A stretch of 64,000 bases of DNA from Bugula neritina (Eukaryota; Animalia; Bryozoa), in contig CAXIUT010000103.1 of assembly GCA_964035545.1 (NCBI GenBank), forward strand, positions 674,001-738,000, read 5' to 3'. Below are positions 29,201 to 44,200 of the stretch, piece by piece; positions within the stretch are counted from its first letter, which is position 1, and each line of letters starts with the position of its first letter. A program made the translations under genes and the position numbers. The notes under the pieces are model-generated. The model made no database searches and was not told the DNA's origin. It saw only the letters and a list, made by a program, of their open reading frames with translations.

Positions 29201-32200
29201 TTATTCATTGTTGAGATTCACGACTGCCATAAACAATGATAAAATATTCATTGTTGGTAGTACTGAGTAGAATAAAATATAATATAATATTATTTTCTGG
29301 ACAAATAAATAATATCAAATGCATATTATAACTTACCATAAATCTACAGTGCTTCACATCTTCACTTTTTTCTGCAATGTTATTTCTTTGCAGTTAGAAG
29401 TACTAGTTGAAAATATGACTATGAAACATAACCCTTCAATTTCATTGCACCAGCACCAGTTGCAAGATAGGTGTGTTGGGAGTTATCTTTTCCAAAATTT
29501 TGTTCTTTGTGTTTATACGAAGCAGACACAGGCTAATATTAGTTTTGTTATTTGTAAGAGTTTTTCTGTCTGATTGTCCATCAGCAAAAGTTTGGCCTTG
29601 CAGTTATTATGGAAATACCAGTGATGCTGGAAGACCTTTGCATTGTACACCCGCTTTTACTATTGAATTTAGATGTTTTATTTTCCCATCCCCTCTCCTG
29701 CCCCCCCTGTCCCCTCTAACAACCAGCAATCCTGACTCATGTGAATTGTGTTATTGTTCTAGAGTTGGCCCATGGGCCTACAGTATACGATTTGAAGCTT
29801 TATAGTTTACAGGCAGTGGAGATGAGTCGCTGCTAAAACCCATTTTGTTAGTAGACTATATTGCTCTTCAATCATCAGTTTTCATATTAAAAGAGAAAGC
29901 TCATCTGCAGCGCCATTTCACAGTGTTTTATTTTGCTAGAGCAATAACTAATTTTAGATGCCTTTGCAAACATATGAGAAATAAATGAGTGATTCTATGA
30001 AAAGAGGTGTTTGCAGCAATTGTCCACTTTTGATTTACAAGCGGCATGGAAACTTTTGTAGTTTTAAATAATATCTCCAAACTCATCACTTGCATGTGTT
30101 TATAGACTTGATAAATTTTTTTATGCAAAACTTGATGCCTGCTTCAAAGACACCAGTGCTTAATTACTGTGTTAACTGTATTGGCACTTTGCCATGAGAT
30201 TTTTGGTAATATTTCGCATCACAACAAACTCTTCAGAAAGTTAAGAAAATCAGTCTAGAATGTTAATGAAATAAACCTACCAGAAAGAGTAAGCCAGATG
30301 TAACAAGTAGATCCAAAACAAGTTGATTAACAATTGAAGTTGAAATCTCCATGTAGTCAACACTTTAGTCCTAATGTCAAATGCAAACGTCTGCAATCAA
30401 ACTGTGTAGACTTCATGAGCTGGTTAGCTGAAAGGACTCATTAAAGTTCTTAACTCTTGTGTGTATAGTGATGCCCATCTTGAACTAGAGAGGGCTGACT
30501 GAAGACTGCTACTTTGTGAAAATTGACAATGCATATTATTATTATTCATTGTTGAGATTCACGACTGCCATAAACAATGATAAAATATTCATTGTTGGTT
30601 TACTGAGTAGAATAAAATATAATATAATATTATTTTCTGGACAAATAAATAATATCAAATGCATATTATAATTTACCATAAATCTACAGTGCTTCACATC
30701 TTCACTTTTTTCTGCAATGTTATTTCTTTGCAGTTAGAAGTACTAGTAGAAAATATGACTATGAAACATAACCCTTCAATTTCATTGCACCAGCACCAGT
30801 TGCAAGATAGGTGTGTTGGGAGTTATCTTTCCCAAAATTTTGTTCTTGGTGTTTATACGAAGCAGACACAGGCTAATATTAGTTTTGTTATTTGTAAGAG
30901 TTTTTCTGTCTGATTGTCCATCAGCAAAAGTTTGGCCTTGCAGTTATTATGGAAATACCAGTGATGCTGGAAGACCTTTGCATTGTACACCCGCTTTTAC
31001 TATTGAATTTAGATGTTTTATTTTCCCATCCCCTCTCCTGCCCCCCCTGTCCCCTCTAACAACCAGCAATCCTGACTCATGTGAATTGTGTTATTGTTCT
31101 AGAGTTGGCCCATGGGCCTACAGTATACGATTTGAAGCTTTATAGTTTACAGGCAGTGGAGATGAGTCACTGCTAAAACCCATTTTGTTAGTAGACTATA
31201 TTGCTCTTCAATCATCAGTTTTCATATTAAAAGAGAAAGCTCATCTGCAGCGCCATTTCACAGTGTTTTATTTTGCTAGAGCAATAACTAATTTTAGATG
31301 CCTTTGCAAACATATGAGAAATAAATGAGTGATTCTATGAAAAGAGGTGTTTGCAGCAATTGTCCACTTTTGATTTACAAGCGGCATGGAAACTTTTGTA
31401 GTTTTAAATAATATCTCCAAACTCATCACTTGCATGTGTTTATAGACTTGATAAATTTTTTTATGCAAAACTTGATGCCTGCTTCAAAGACACCAGTGCT
31501 TAATTACTGTGTTAACTGTATTGGCACGTTGCCATGAGATATTTGGTAATATTTCGCATCACAACAAACTCTTCAGAAAGTTAAGAAAATCAGTCTAGAA
31601 TGTTAATGAAATAAACCTACCAGAAAGAGTAAGCCAGATGTAACAAGTAGATCCAAAACAAGTTGATTAACAATTGAAGTTGAAATCTCCATGTAGTCAA
31701 CACTTTAGTCCTAATGTCAAATGCAAACGTCTGCAATCAAACTGTGTAGACTTCATGAGCTGGTTAGCTGAAAGGACTCATTAAAGTTCTTAACTCTTGT
31801 GTGTATAGTGATGCCCATCTTGAACTAGAGAGGGCTGACTGAAGACTGCTACTTTGTGAAAATTGACAATGCATATTATTATTATTCATTGTTGAGATTC
31901 ACGACTGCCATAAACAATGATAAAATATTCATTGTTGGTACTACTGAGTAGAATAAAATATAATATAATATTATTTTCTGGACAAATAAATAATATCAAA
32001 TGCATATTATAACTTACCATAAATCTACAGTGCTTCACATCTTCACTTTTTTCTGCAATGTTATTTCTTTGCAGTTAGAAGTACTAGTTGAAAATATGAC
32101 TATGAAACATAACCCTTCAATTTCATTGCACCAGCACCAGTTGCAAGATAGGTGTGTTGGGCGTTATCTTTTCCAAAATTTTGTTCTTTGTGTTTATACG

Positions 32201-35200
32201 AAGCAGACACAGGCTAATATTAGTTTTGTTATTTGTAAGAGTTTTTCTGTCTGATTGTCCATCAGCAAAAGTTTGGCCTTGCAGTTATTATGGAAATACC
32301 AGTGATGCTGGAAGACCTTTGCATTGTACACCCGCTTTTACTATTGAATTTAGATGTTTTATTTTCCCATCCCCTCTCCTGCCCCCCCTGTCCCCTCTAA
32401 CAACCAGCAATCCTGACTCATGTGAATTGTGTTATTGTTCTAGAGTTGGCCCATGGGCCTACAGTATACGATTTGAAGCTTTATAGTTTACAGGCAGTGG
32501 AGATGAGTCACTGCTAAAACCCATTTTGTTAGTAGACTATATTGCTCTTCAATCATCAGTTTTCATATTAAAAGAGAAAGCTCATCTGCAGCGCCATTTC
32601 ACAGTGTTTTATTTTGCTAGAGCAATAACTAATTTTAGATGCCTTTGCAAACATATGAGAAATAAATGAGTGATTCTATGAAAAGAGGTGTTTGCAGCAA
32701 TTGTCCACTTTTGATTTACAAGCGGCATGGAAACTTTTGTAGTTTTAAATAATATCTCCAAACTCATCACTTGCATGTGTTTATAGACTTGATAAATTTT
32801 TTTATGCAAAACTTGATGCCTGCTTCAAAGACACCAGTGCTTAATTACTGTGTTAACTGTATTGGCACATTGCCATGAGATATTTGGTAATATTTCGCAT
32901 CACAACAAACTCTTCAGAAAGTTAAGAAAATCAGTCTAGAATGTTAATGAAATAAACCTACCAGAAAGAGTAAGCCAGATGTAACAAGTAGATCCAAAAC
33001 AAGTTGATTAACAATTGAAGTTGAAATCTCCATGTAGTCAACACTTTAGTCCTAATGTCAAATGCAAACGTCTGCAATCAAACTGTGTAGACTTCATGAG
33101 CTGGTTAGCTGAAAGGACTCATTAAAGTTCTTAACTCTTGTGTGTATAGTGATGCCCATCTTGAACTAGAGAGGGCTGACTGAAGACTGCTACTTTGTGA
33201 AAATTGACAATGCATATTATTATTATTCATTGTTGAGATTCACGACTGCCATAAACAATGATAAAATATTCATTGTTGGTTTACTGAGTAGAATAAAATA
33301 TAATATAATATTATTTTCTGGACAAATAAATAATATCAAATGCATATTATAATTTACCATAAATCTACAGTGCTTCACATCTTCACTTTTTTCTGCAATG
33401 TTATTTCTTTGCAGTTAGAAGTACTAGTAGAAAATATGACTATGAAACATAACCCTTCAATTTCATTGCACCAGCACCAGTTGCAAGATAGGTGTGTTGG
33501 GAGTTATCTTTCCCAAAATTTTGTTCTTGGTGTTTATACGAAGCAGACACAGGCTAATATTAGTTTTGTTATTTGTAAGAGTTTTTCTGTCTGATTGTCC
33601 ATCAGCAAAAGTTTGGCCTTGCAGTTATTATGGAAATACCAGTGATGCTGGAAGACCTTTGCATTGTACACCCGCTTTTACTATTGAATTTAGATGTTTT
33701 ATTTTCCCATCCCCTCTCCTGCCCCCCCTGTCCCCTCTAACAACCAGCAATCCTGACTCATGTGAATTGTGTTATTGTTCTAGAGTTGGCCCATGGGCCT
33801 ACAGTATACGATTTGAAGCTTTATAGTTTACAGGCAGTGGAGATGAGTCACTGCTAAAACCCATTTTGTTAGTAGACTATATTGCTCTTCAATCATCAGT
33901 TTTCATATTAAAAGAGAAAGCTCATCTGCAGCGCCATTTCACAGTGTTTTATTTTGCTAGAGCAATAACTAATTTTAGATGCCTTTGCAAACATATGAGA
34001 AATAAATGAGTGATTCTATGAAAAGAGGTGTTTGCAGCAATTGTCCACTTTTGATTTACAAGCGGCATGGAAACTTTTGTAGTTTTAAATAATATCTCCA
34101 AACTCATCACTTGCATGTGTTTATAGACTTGATAAATTTTTTTATGCAAAACTTGATGCCTGCTTCAAAGACACCAGTGCTTAATTACTGTGTTAACTGT
34201 ATTGGCACGTTGCCATGAGATATTTGGTAATATTTCGCATCACAACAAACTCTTCAGAAAGTTAAGAAAATCAGTCTAGAATGTTAATGAAATAAACCTA
34301 CCAGAAAGAGTAAGCCAGATGTAACAAGTAGATCCAAAACAAGTTGATTAACAATTGAAGTTGAAATCTCCATGTAGTCAACACTTTAGTCCTAATGTCA
34401 AATGCAAACGTCTGCAATCAAACTGTGTAGACTTCATGAGCTGGTTAGCTGAAAGGACTCATTAAAGTTCTTAACTCTTGTGTGTATAGTGATGCCCATC
34501 TTGAACTAGAGAGGGCTGACTGAAGACTGCTACTTTGTGAAAATTGACAATGCATATTATTATTATTCATTGTTGAGATTCACGACTGCCATAAACAATG
34601 ATAAAATATTCATTGTTGGTAGTACTGAGTAGAATAAAATATAATATAATATTATTTTCTGGACAAATAAATAATATCAAATGCATATTATAACTTACCA
34701 TAAATCTACAGTGCTTCACATCTTCACTTTTTTCTGCAATGTTATTTCTTTGCAGTTAGAAGTACTAGTTGAAAATATGACTATGAAACATAACCCTTCA
34801 ATTTCATTGCACCAGCACCAGTTGCAAGATAGGTGTGTTGGGAGTTATCTTTTCCAAAATTTTGTTCTTTGTGTTTATACGAAGCAGACACAGGCTAATA
34901 TTAGTTTTGTTATTTGTAAGAGTTTTTCTGTCTGATTGTCCATCAGCAAAAGTTTGGCCTTGCAGTTATTATGGAAATACCAGTGATGCTGGAAGACCTT
35001 TGCATTGTACACCCGCTTTTACTATTGAATTTAGATGTTTTATTTTCCCATCCCCTCTCCTGCCCCCCCTGTCCCCTCTAACAACCAGCAATCCTGACTC
35101 ATGTGAATTGTGTTATTGTTCTAGAGTTGGCCCATGGGCCTACAGTATACGATTTGAAGCTTTATAGTTTACAGGCAGTGGAGATGAGTCGCTGCTAAAA

Positions 35201-38200
35201 CCCATTTTGTTAGTAGACTATATTGCTCTTCAATCATCAGTTTTCATATTAAAAGAGAAAGCTCATCTGCAGCGCCATTTCACAGTGTTTTATTTTGCTA
35301 GAGCAATAACTAATTTTAGATGCCTTTGCAAACATATGAGAAATAAATGAGTGATTCTATGAAAAGAGGTGTTTGCAGCAATTGTCCACTTTTGATTTAC
35401 AAGCGGCATGGAAACTTTTGTAGTTTTAAATAATATCTCCAAACTCATCACTTGCATGTGTTTATAGACTTGATAAATTTTTTTATGCAAAACTTGATGC
35501 CTGCTTCAAAGACACCAGTGCTTAATTACTGTGTTAACTGTATTGGCACGTTGCCATGAGATATTTGGTAATATTTCGCATCACAACAAACTCTTCAGAA
35601 AGTTAAGAAAATCAGTCTAGAAAGTTAATGAAATAAACCTACCAGAAAGAGTAAGCCAGATGTAACAAGTAGATCCAAAACAAGTTGATTAACAATTGAA
35701 GTTGAAATCTCCATGTAGTCAACACTTTAGTCCTAATGTCAAATGCAAACGTCTGCAATCAAACTGTGTAGACTTCATGAGCTGGTTAGCTGAAAGGACT
35801 CATTAAAGTTCTTAACTCTTGTGTGTATAGTGATGCCCATCTTGAACTAGAGAGGGCTGACTGAAGACTGCTACTTTGTGTAAATTGACAATGCATATTA
35901 TTATTATTCATTGTTGAGATTCACGACTGCCATAAACAATGATAAAATATTCATTGTTGGTACTACTGAGTAGAATAAAATATAATATAATATTATTTTC
36001 TGGACAAATAAATAATATCAAATGCATATTATAACTTACCATAAATCTACAGTGCTTCACATCTTCACTTTTTTCTGCAATGTTATTTCTTTGCAGTTAG
36101 AAGTACTAGTTGAAAATATGACTATGAAACATAACCCTTCAATTTCATTGCACCAGCACCAGTTGCAAGATAGGTGTGTTGGGAGTTATCTTTTCCAAAA
36201 TTTTGTTCTTTGTGTTTATACGAAACAGACACAGGCTAATATTAGTTTTGTTATTTGTAAGAGTTTTTCTGTCTGATTGTCCATCAGCAAAAGTTTGGCC
36301 TTGCAGTTATTATGGAAATACCAGTGATGCTGGAAGACCTTTGCATTGTACACCCGCTTTTACTATTGAATTTAGATGTTTTATTTTCCCATCCCCTCTC
36401 CTGCCCCCCCTGTCCCCTCTAACAACCAGCAATCCTGACTCATGTGAATTGTGTTATTGTTCTAGAGTTGGCCCATGGGCCTACAGTATACGATTTGAAG
36501 CTTTATAGTTTACAGGCAGTGGAGATGAGTCGCTGCTAAAACCCATTTTGTTAGTAGACTATATTGCTCTTCAATCATCAGTTTTCATATTAAAAGAGAA
36601 AGCTCATCTGCAGCGCCATTTCACAGTGTTTTATTTTGCTAGAGCAATAACTAATTTTAGATGCCTTTGCAAACATATGAGAAATAAATGAGTGATTCTA
36701 TGAAAAGAGGTGTTTGCAGCAATTGTCCACTTTTGATTTACAAGCGGCATGGAAACTTTTGTAGTTTTAAATAATATCTCCAAACTCATCACTTGCATGT
36801 GTTTATAGACTTGATAAATTTTTTTATGCAAAACTTGATGCCTGCTTCAAAGACACCAGTGCTTAATTACTGTGTTAACTGTATTGGCACGTTGCCATGA
36901 GATATTTGGTAATATTTCGCATCACAACAAACTCTTCAGAAAGTTAAGAAAATCAGTCTAGAATGTTAATGAAATAAACCTACCAGAAAGAGTAAGCCAG
37001 ATGTAACAAGTAGATCCAAAACAAGTTGATTAACAATTGAAGTTGAAATCTCCATGTAGTCAACACTTTAGTCCTAATGTCAAATGCAAACGTCTGCAAT
37101 CAAACTGTGTAGACTTCATGAGCTGGTTAGCTGAAAGGACTCATTAAAGTTCTTAACTCTTGTGTGTATAGTGATGCCCATCTTGAACTAGAGAGGGCTG
37201 ACTGAAGACTGCTACTTTGTGAAAATTGACAATGCATATTATTATTATTCATTGTTGAGATTCACGACTGCCATAAACAATGATAAAATATTCATTGTTG
37301 GTAGTACTGAGTAGAATAAAATATAATATAATATTATTTTCTGGACAAATAAATAATATCAAATGCATATTATAACTTACCATAAATCTACTGTGCTTCA
37401 CATCTTCACCTTTTTCTGCAATGTTATTTCTTTGCAGTTAGAAGTACTAGTTGAAAATGTGACTATGAAACATAACCCTTCAATTTCATTGCACCAGCAC
37501 CAGTTGCAAGATAGGTGTGTTGGGAGTTATCTTTCCCAAAATTTTGTTCTTGGTGTTTATACGAAGCAGACACAGGCTAATATTAGTTTTGTTATTTGTA
37601 AGAGTTTTTCTGTCTGATTGTCCATCAGCAAAAGTTTGGCCTTGCAGTTATTATGGAAATACCAGTGATGCTGGAAGACCTTTGCATTGTACACCCGCTT
37701 TTACTATTGAATTTAGATGTTTTATTTTCCCATCCCCTCTCCTGCCCCCCCTGTCCCCTCTAACAACCAGCAATCCTGACTCATGTGAATTGTGTTATTG
37801 TTCTAGAGTTGGCCCATGGGCCTACAGTATACGATTTGAAGCTTTATAGTTTACAGGCAGTGGAGATGAGTCACTGCTAAAACCCATTTTGTTAGTAGAC
37901 TATATTGCTCTTCAATCATCAGTTTTCATATTAAAAGAGAAAGCTCATCTGCAGCGCCATTTCACAGTGTTTTATTTTGCTAGAGCAATAACTAATTTTA
38001 GATGCCTTTGCAAACATATGAGAAATAAATGAGTGATTCTATGAAAAGAGGTGTTTGCAGCAATTGTCCACTTTTGATTTACAAGCGGCATGGAAACTTT
38101 TGTAGTTTTAAATAATATCTCCAAACTCATCACTTGCATGTGTTTATAGACTTGATAAATTTTTTTATGCAAAACTTGATGCCTGCTTCAAAGACACCAG

Positions 38201-41200
38201 TGCTTAATTACTGTGTTAACTGTATTGGCACGTTGCCATGAGATATTTGGTAATATTTCGCATCACAACAAACTCTTCAGAAAGTTAAGAAAATCAGTCT
38301 AGAATGTTAATGAAATAAACCTACCAGAAAGAGTAAGCCAGATGTAACAAGTAGATCCAAAACAAGTTGATTAACAATTGAAGTTGAAATCTCCATGTAG
38401 TCAACACTTTAGTCCTAATGTCAAATGCAAACGTCTGCAATCAAACTGTGTAGACTTCATGAGCTGGTTAGCTGAAAGGACTCATTAAAGTTCTTAACTC
38501 TTGTGTGTATAGTGATGCCCATCTTGAACTAGAGAGGGCTGACTGAAGACTGCTACTTTGTGAAAATTGACAATGCATATTATTATTATTCATTGTTGAG
38601 ATTCACGACTGCCATAAACAATGATAAAATATTCATTGTTGGTAGTACTGAGTAGAATAAAATATAATATAATATTATTTTCTGGACAAATAAATAATAT
38701 CAAATGCATATTATAACTTACCATAAATCTACAGTGCTTCACATCTTCACTTTTTTCTGCAATGTTATTTCTTTGCAGTTAGAAGTACTAGTTGAAAATA
38801 TGACTATGAAACATAACCCTTCAATTTCATTGCACCAGCACCAGTTGCAAGATAGGTGTGTTGGGAGTTATCTTTTCCAAAATTTTGTTCTTTGTGTTTA
38901 TACGAAGCAGACACAGGCTAATATTAGTTTTGTTATTTGTAAGAGTTTTTCTGTCTGATTGTCCATCAGCAAAAGTTTGGCCTTGCAGTTATTATGGAAA
39001 TACCAGTGATGCTGGAAGACCTTTGCATTGTACACCCGCTTTTACTATTGAATTTAGATGTTTTATTTTCCCATCCCCTCTCCTGCCCCCCCTGTCCCCT
39101 CTAACAACCAGCAATCCTGACTCATGTGAATTGTGTTATTGTTCTAGAGTTGGCCCATGGGCCTACAGTATACGATTTGAAGCTTTATAGTTTACAGGCA
39201 GTGGAGATGAGTCGCTGCTAAAACCCATTTTGTTAGTAGACTATATTGCTCTTCAATCATCAGTTTTCATATTAAAAGAGAAAGCTCATCTGCAGCGCCA
39301 TTTCACAGTGTTTTATTTTGCTAGAGCAATAACTAATTTTAGATGCCTTTGCAAACATATGAGAAATAAATGAGTGATTCTATGAAAAGAGGTGTTTGCA
39401 GCAATTGTCCACTTTTGATTTACAAGCGGCATGGAAACTTTTGTAGTTTTAAATAATATCTCCAAACTCATCACTTGCATGTGTTTATAGACTTGATAAA
39501 TTTTTTTATGCAAAACTTGATGCCTGCTTCAAAGACACCAGTGCTTAATTACTGTGTTAACTGTATTGGCACTTTGCCATGAGATTTTTGGTAATATTTC
39601 GCATCACAACAAACTCTTCAGAAAGTTAAGAAAATCAGTCTAGAATGTTAATGAAATAAACCTACCAGAAAGAGTAAGCCAGATGTAACAAGTAGATCCA
39701 AAACAAGTTGATTAACAATTGAAGTTGAAATCTCCATGTAGTCAACACTTTAGTCCTAATGTCAAATGCAAACGTCTGCAATCAAACTGTGTAGACTTCA
39801 TGAGCTGGTTAGCTGAAAGGACTCATTAAAGTTCTTAACTCTTGTGTGTATAGTGATGCCCATCTTGAACTAGAGAGGGCTGACTGAAGACTGCTACTTT
39901 GTGAAAATTGACAATGCATATTATTATTATTCATTGTTGAGATTCACGACTGCCATAAACAATGATAAAATATTCATTGTTGGTTTACTGAGTAGAATAA
40001 AATATAATATAATATTATTTTCTGGACAAATAAATAATATCAAATGCATATTATAATTTACCATAAATCTACAGTGCTTCACATCTTCACTTTTTTCTGC
40101 AATGTTATTTCTTTGCAGTTAGAAGTACTAGTAGAAAATATGACTATGAAACATAACCCTTCAATTTCATTGCACCAGCACCAGTTGCAAGATAGGTGTG
40201 TTGGGAGTTATCTTTCCCAAAATTTTGTTCTTGGTGTTTATACGAAGCAGACACAGGCTAATATTAGTTTTGTTATTTGTAAGAGTTTTTCTGTCTGATT
40301 GTCCATCAGCAAAAGTTTGGCCTTGCAGTTATTATGGAAATACCAGTGATGCTGGAAGACCTTTGCATTGTACACCCGCTTTTACTATTGAATTTAGATG
40401 TTTTATTTTCCCATCCCCTCTCCTGCCCCCCCTGTCCCCTCTAACAACCAGCAATCCTGACTCATGTGAATTGTGTTATTGTTCTAGAGTTGGCCCATGG
40501 GCCTACAGTATACGATTTGAAGCTTTATAGTTTACAGGCAGTGGAGATGAGTCACTGCTAAAACCCATTTTGTTAGTAGACTATATTGCTCTTCAATCAT
40601 CAGTTTTCATATTAAAAGAGAAAGCTCATCTGCAGCGCCATTTCACAGTGTTTTATTTTGCTAGAGCAATAACTAATTTTAGATGCCTTTGCAAACATAT
40701 GAGAAATAAATGAGTGATTCTATGAAAAGAGGTGTTTGCAGCAATTGTCCACTTTTGATTTACAAGCGGCATGGAAACTTTTGTAGTTTTAAATAATATC
40801 TCCAAACTCATCACTTGCATGTGTTTATAGACTTGATAAATTTTTTTATGCAAAACTTGATGCCTGCTTCAAAGACACCAGTGCTTAATTACTGTGTTAA
40901 CTGTATTGGCACGTTGCCATGAGATATTTGGTAATATTTCGCATCACAACAAACTCTTCAGAAAGTTAAGAAAATCAGTCTAGAATGTTAATGAAATAAA
41001 CCTACCAGAAAGAGTAAGCCAGATGTAACAAGTAGATCCAAAACAAGTTGATTAACAATTGAAGTTGAAATCTCCATGTAGTCAACACTTTAGTCCTAAT
41101 GTCAAATGCAAACGTCTGCAATCAAACTGTGTAGACTTCATGAGCTGGTTAGCTGAAAGGACTCATTAAAGTTCTTAACTCTTGTGTGTATAGTGATGCC

Positions 41201-44200
41201 CATCTTGAACTAGAGAGGGCTGACTGAAGACTGCTACTTTGTGAAAATTGACAATGCATATTATTATTATTCATTGTTGAGATTCACGACTGCCATAAAC
41301 AATGATAAAATATTCATTGTTGGTACTACTGAGTAGAATAAAATATAATATAATATTATTTTCTGGACAAATAAATAATATCAAATGCATATTATAACTT
41401 ACCATAAATCTACAGTGCTTCACATCTTCACTTTTTTCTGCAATGTTATTTCTTTGCAGTTAGAAGTACTAGTTGAAAATATGACTATGAAACATAACCC
41501 TTCAATTTCATTGCACCAGCACCAGTTGCAAGATAGGTGTGTTGGGAGTTATCTTTTCCAAAATTTTGTTCTTTGTGTTTATACGAAGCAGACACAGGCT
41601 AATATTAGTTTTGTTATTTGTAAGAGTTTTTCTGTCTGATTGTCCATCAGCAAAAGTTTGGCCTTGCAGTTATTATGGAAATACCAGTGATGCTGGAAGA
41701 CCTTTGCATTGTACACCCGCTTTTACTATTGAATTTAGATGTTTTATTTTCCCATCCCCTCTCCTGCCCCCCCTGTCCCCTCTAACAACCAGCAATCCTG
41801 ACTCATGTGAATTGTGTTATTGTTCTAGAGTTGGCCCATGGGCCTACAGTATACGATTTGAAGCTTTATAGTTTACAGGCAGTGGAGATGAGTCGCTGCT
41901 AAAACCCATTTTGTTAGTAGACTATATTGCTCTTCAATCATCAGTTTTCATATTAAAAGAGAAAGCTCATCTGCAGCGCCATTTCACAGTGTTTTATTTT
42001 GCTAGAGCAATAACTAATTTTAGATGCCTTTGCAAACATATGAGAAATAAATGAGTGATTCTATGAAAAGAGGTGTTTGCAGCAATTGTCCACTTTTGAT
42101 TTACAAGCGGCATGGAAACTTTTGTAGTTTTAAATAATATCTCCAAACTCATCACTTGCATGTGTTTATAGACTTGATAAATTTTTTTATGCAAAACTTG
42201 ATGCCTGCTTCAAAGACACCAGTGCTTAATTACTGTGTTAACTGTATTGGCACTTTGCCATGAGATTTTTGGTAATATTTCGCATCACAACAAACTCTTC
42301 AGAAAGTTAAGAAAATCAGTCTAGAATGTTAATGAAATAAACCTACCAGAAAGAGTAAGCCAGATGTAACAAGTAGATCCAAAACAAGTTGATTAACAAT
42401 TGAAGTTGAAATCTCCATGTAGTCAACACTTTAGTCCTAATGTCAAATGCAAACGTCTGCAATCAAACTGTGTAGACTTCATGAGCTGGTTAGCTGAAAG
42501 GACTCATTAAAGTTCTTAACTCTTGTGTGTATAGTGATGCCCATCTTGAACTAGAGAGGGCTGACTGAAGACTGCTACTTTGTGAAAATTGACAATGCAT
42601 ATTATTATTATTCATTGTTGAGATTCACGACTGCCATAAACAATGATAAAATATTCATTGTTGGTTTACTGAGTAGAATAAAATATAATATAATATTATT
42701 TTCTGGACAAATAAATAATATCAAATGCATATTATAATTTACCATAAATCTACAGTGCTTCACATCTTCACTTTTTTCTGCAATGTTATTTCTTTGCAGT
42801 TAGAAGTACTAGTAGAAAATATGACTATGAAACATAACCCTTCAATTTCATTGCACCAGCACCAGTTGCAAGATAGGTGTGTTGGGAGTTATCTTTCCCA
42901 AAATTTTGTTCTTGGTGTTTATACGAAGCAGACACAGGCTAATATTAGTTTTGTTATTTGTAAGAGTTTTTCTGTCTGATTGTCCATCAGCAAAAGTTTG
43001 GCCTTGCAGTTATTATGGAAATACCAGTGATGCTGGAAGACCTTTGCATTGTACACCCGCTTTTACTATTGAATTTAGATGTTTTATTTTCCCATCCCCT
43101 CTCCTGCCCCCCCTGTCCCCTCTAACAACCAGCAATCCTGACTCATGTGAATTGTGTTATTGTTCTAGAGTTGGCCCATGGGCCTACAGTATACGATTTG
43201 AAGCTTTATAGTTTACAGGCAGTGGAGATGAGTCACTGCTAAAACCCATTTTGTTAGTAGACTATATTGCTCTTCAATCATCAGTTTTCATATTAAAAGA
43301 GAAAGCTCATCTGCAGCGCCATTTCACAGTGTTTTATTTTGCTAGAGCAATAACTAATTTTAGATGCCTTTGCAAACATATGAGAAATAAATGAGTGATT
43401 CTATGAAAAGAGGTGTTTGCAGCAATTGTCCACTTTTGATTTACAAGCGGCATGGAAACTTTTGTAGTTTTAAATAATATCTCCAAACTCATCACTTGCA
43501 TGTGTTTATAGACTTGATAAATTTTTTTATGCAAAACTTGATGCCTGCTTCAAAGACACCAGTGCTTAATTACTGTGTTAACTGTATTGGCACGTTGCCA
43601 TGAGATATTTGGTAATATTTCGCATCACAACAAACTCTTCAGAAAGTTAAGAAATCAGTCTAGAATGTTAATGAAATAAACCTACCAGAAAGAGTAAGCC
43701 AGATGTAACAAGTAGATCCAAAACAAGTTGATTAACAATTGAAGTTGAAATCTCCATGTAGTCAACACTTTAGTCCTAATGTCAAATGCAAACGTCTGCA
43801 ATCAAACTGTGTAGACTTCATGAGCTGGTTAGCTGAAAGGACTCATTAAAGTTCTTAACTCTTGTGTGTATAGTGATGCCCATCTTGAACTAGAGAGGGC
43901 TGACTGAAGACTGCTACTTTGTGAAAATTGACAATGCATATTATTATTATTCATTGTTGAGATTCACGACTGCCATAAACAATGATAAAATATTCATTGT
44001 TGGTACTACTGAGTAGAATAAAATATAATATAATATTATTTTCTGGACAAATAAATAATATCAAATGCATATTATAACTTACCATAAATCTACAGTGCTT
44101 CACATCTTCACTTTTTTCTGCAATGTTATTTCTTTGCAGTTAGAAGTACTAGTTGAAAATATGACTATGAAACATAACCCTTCAATTTCATTGCACCAGC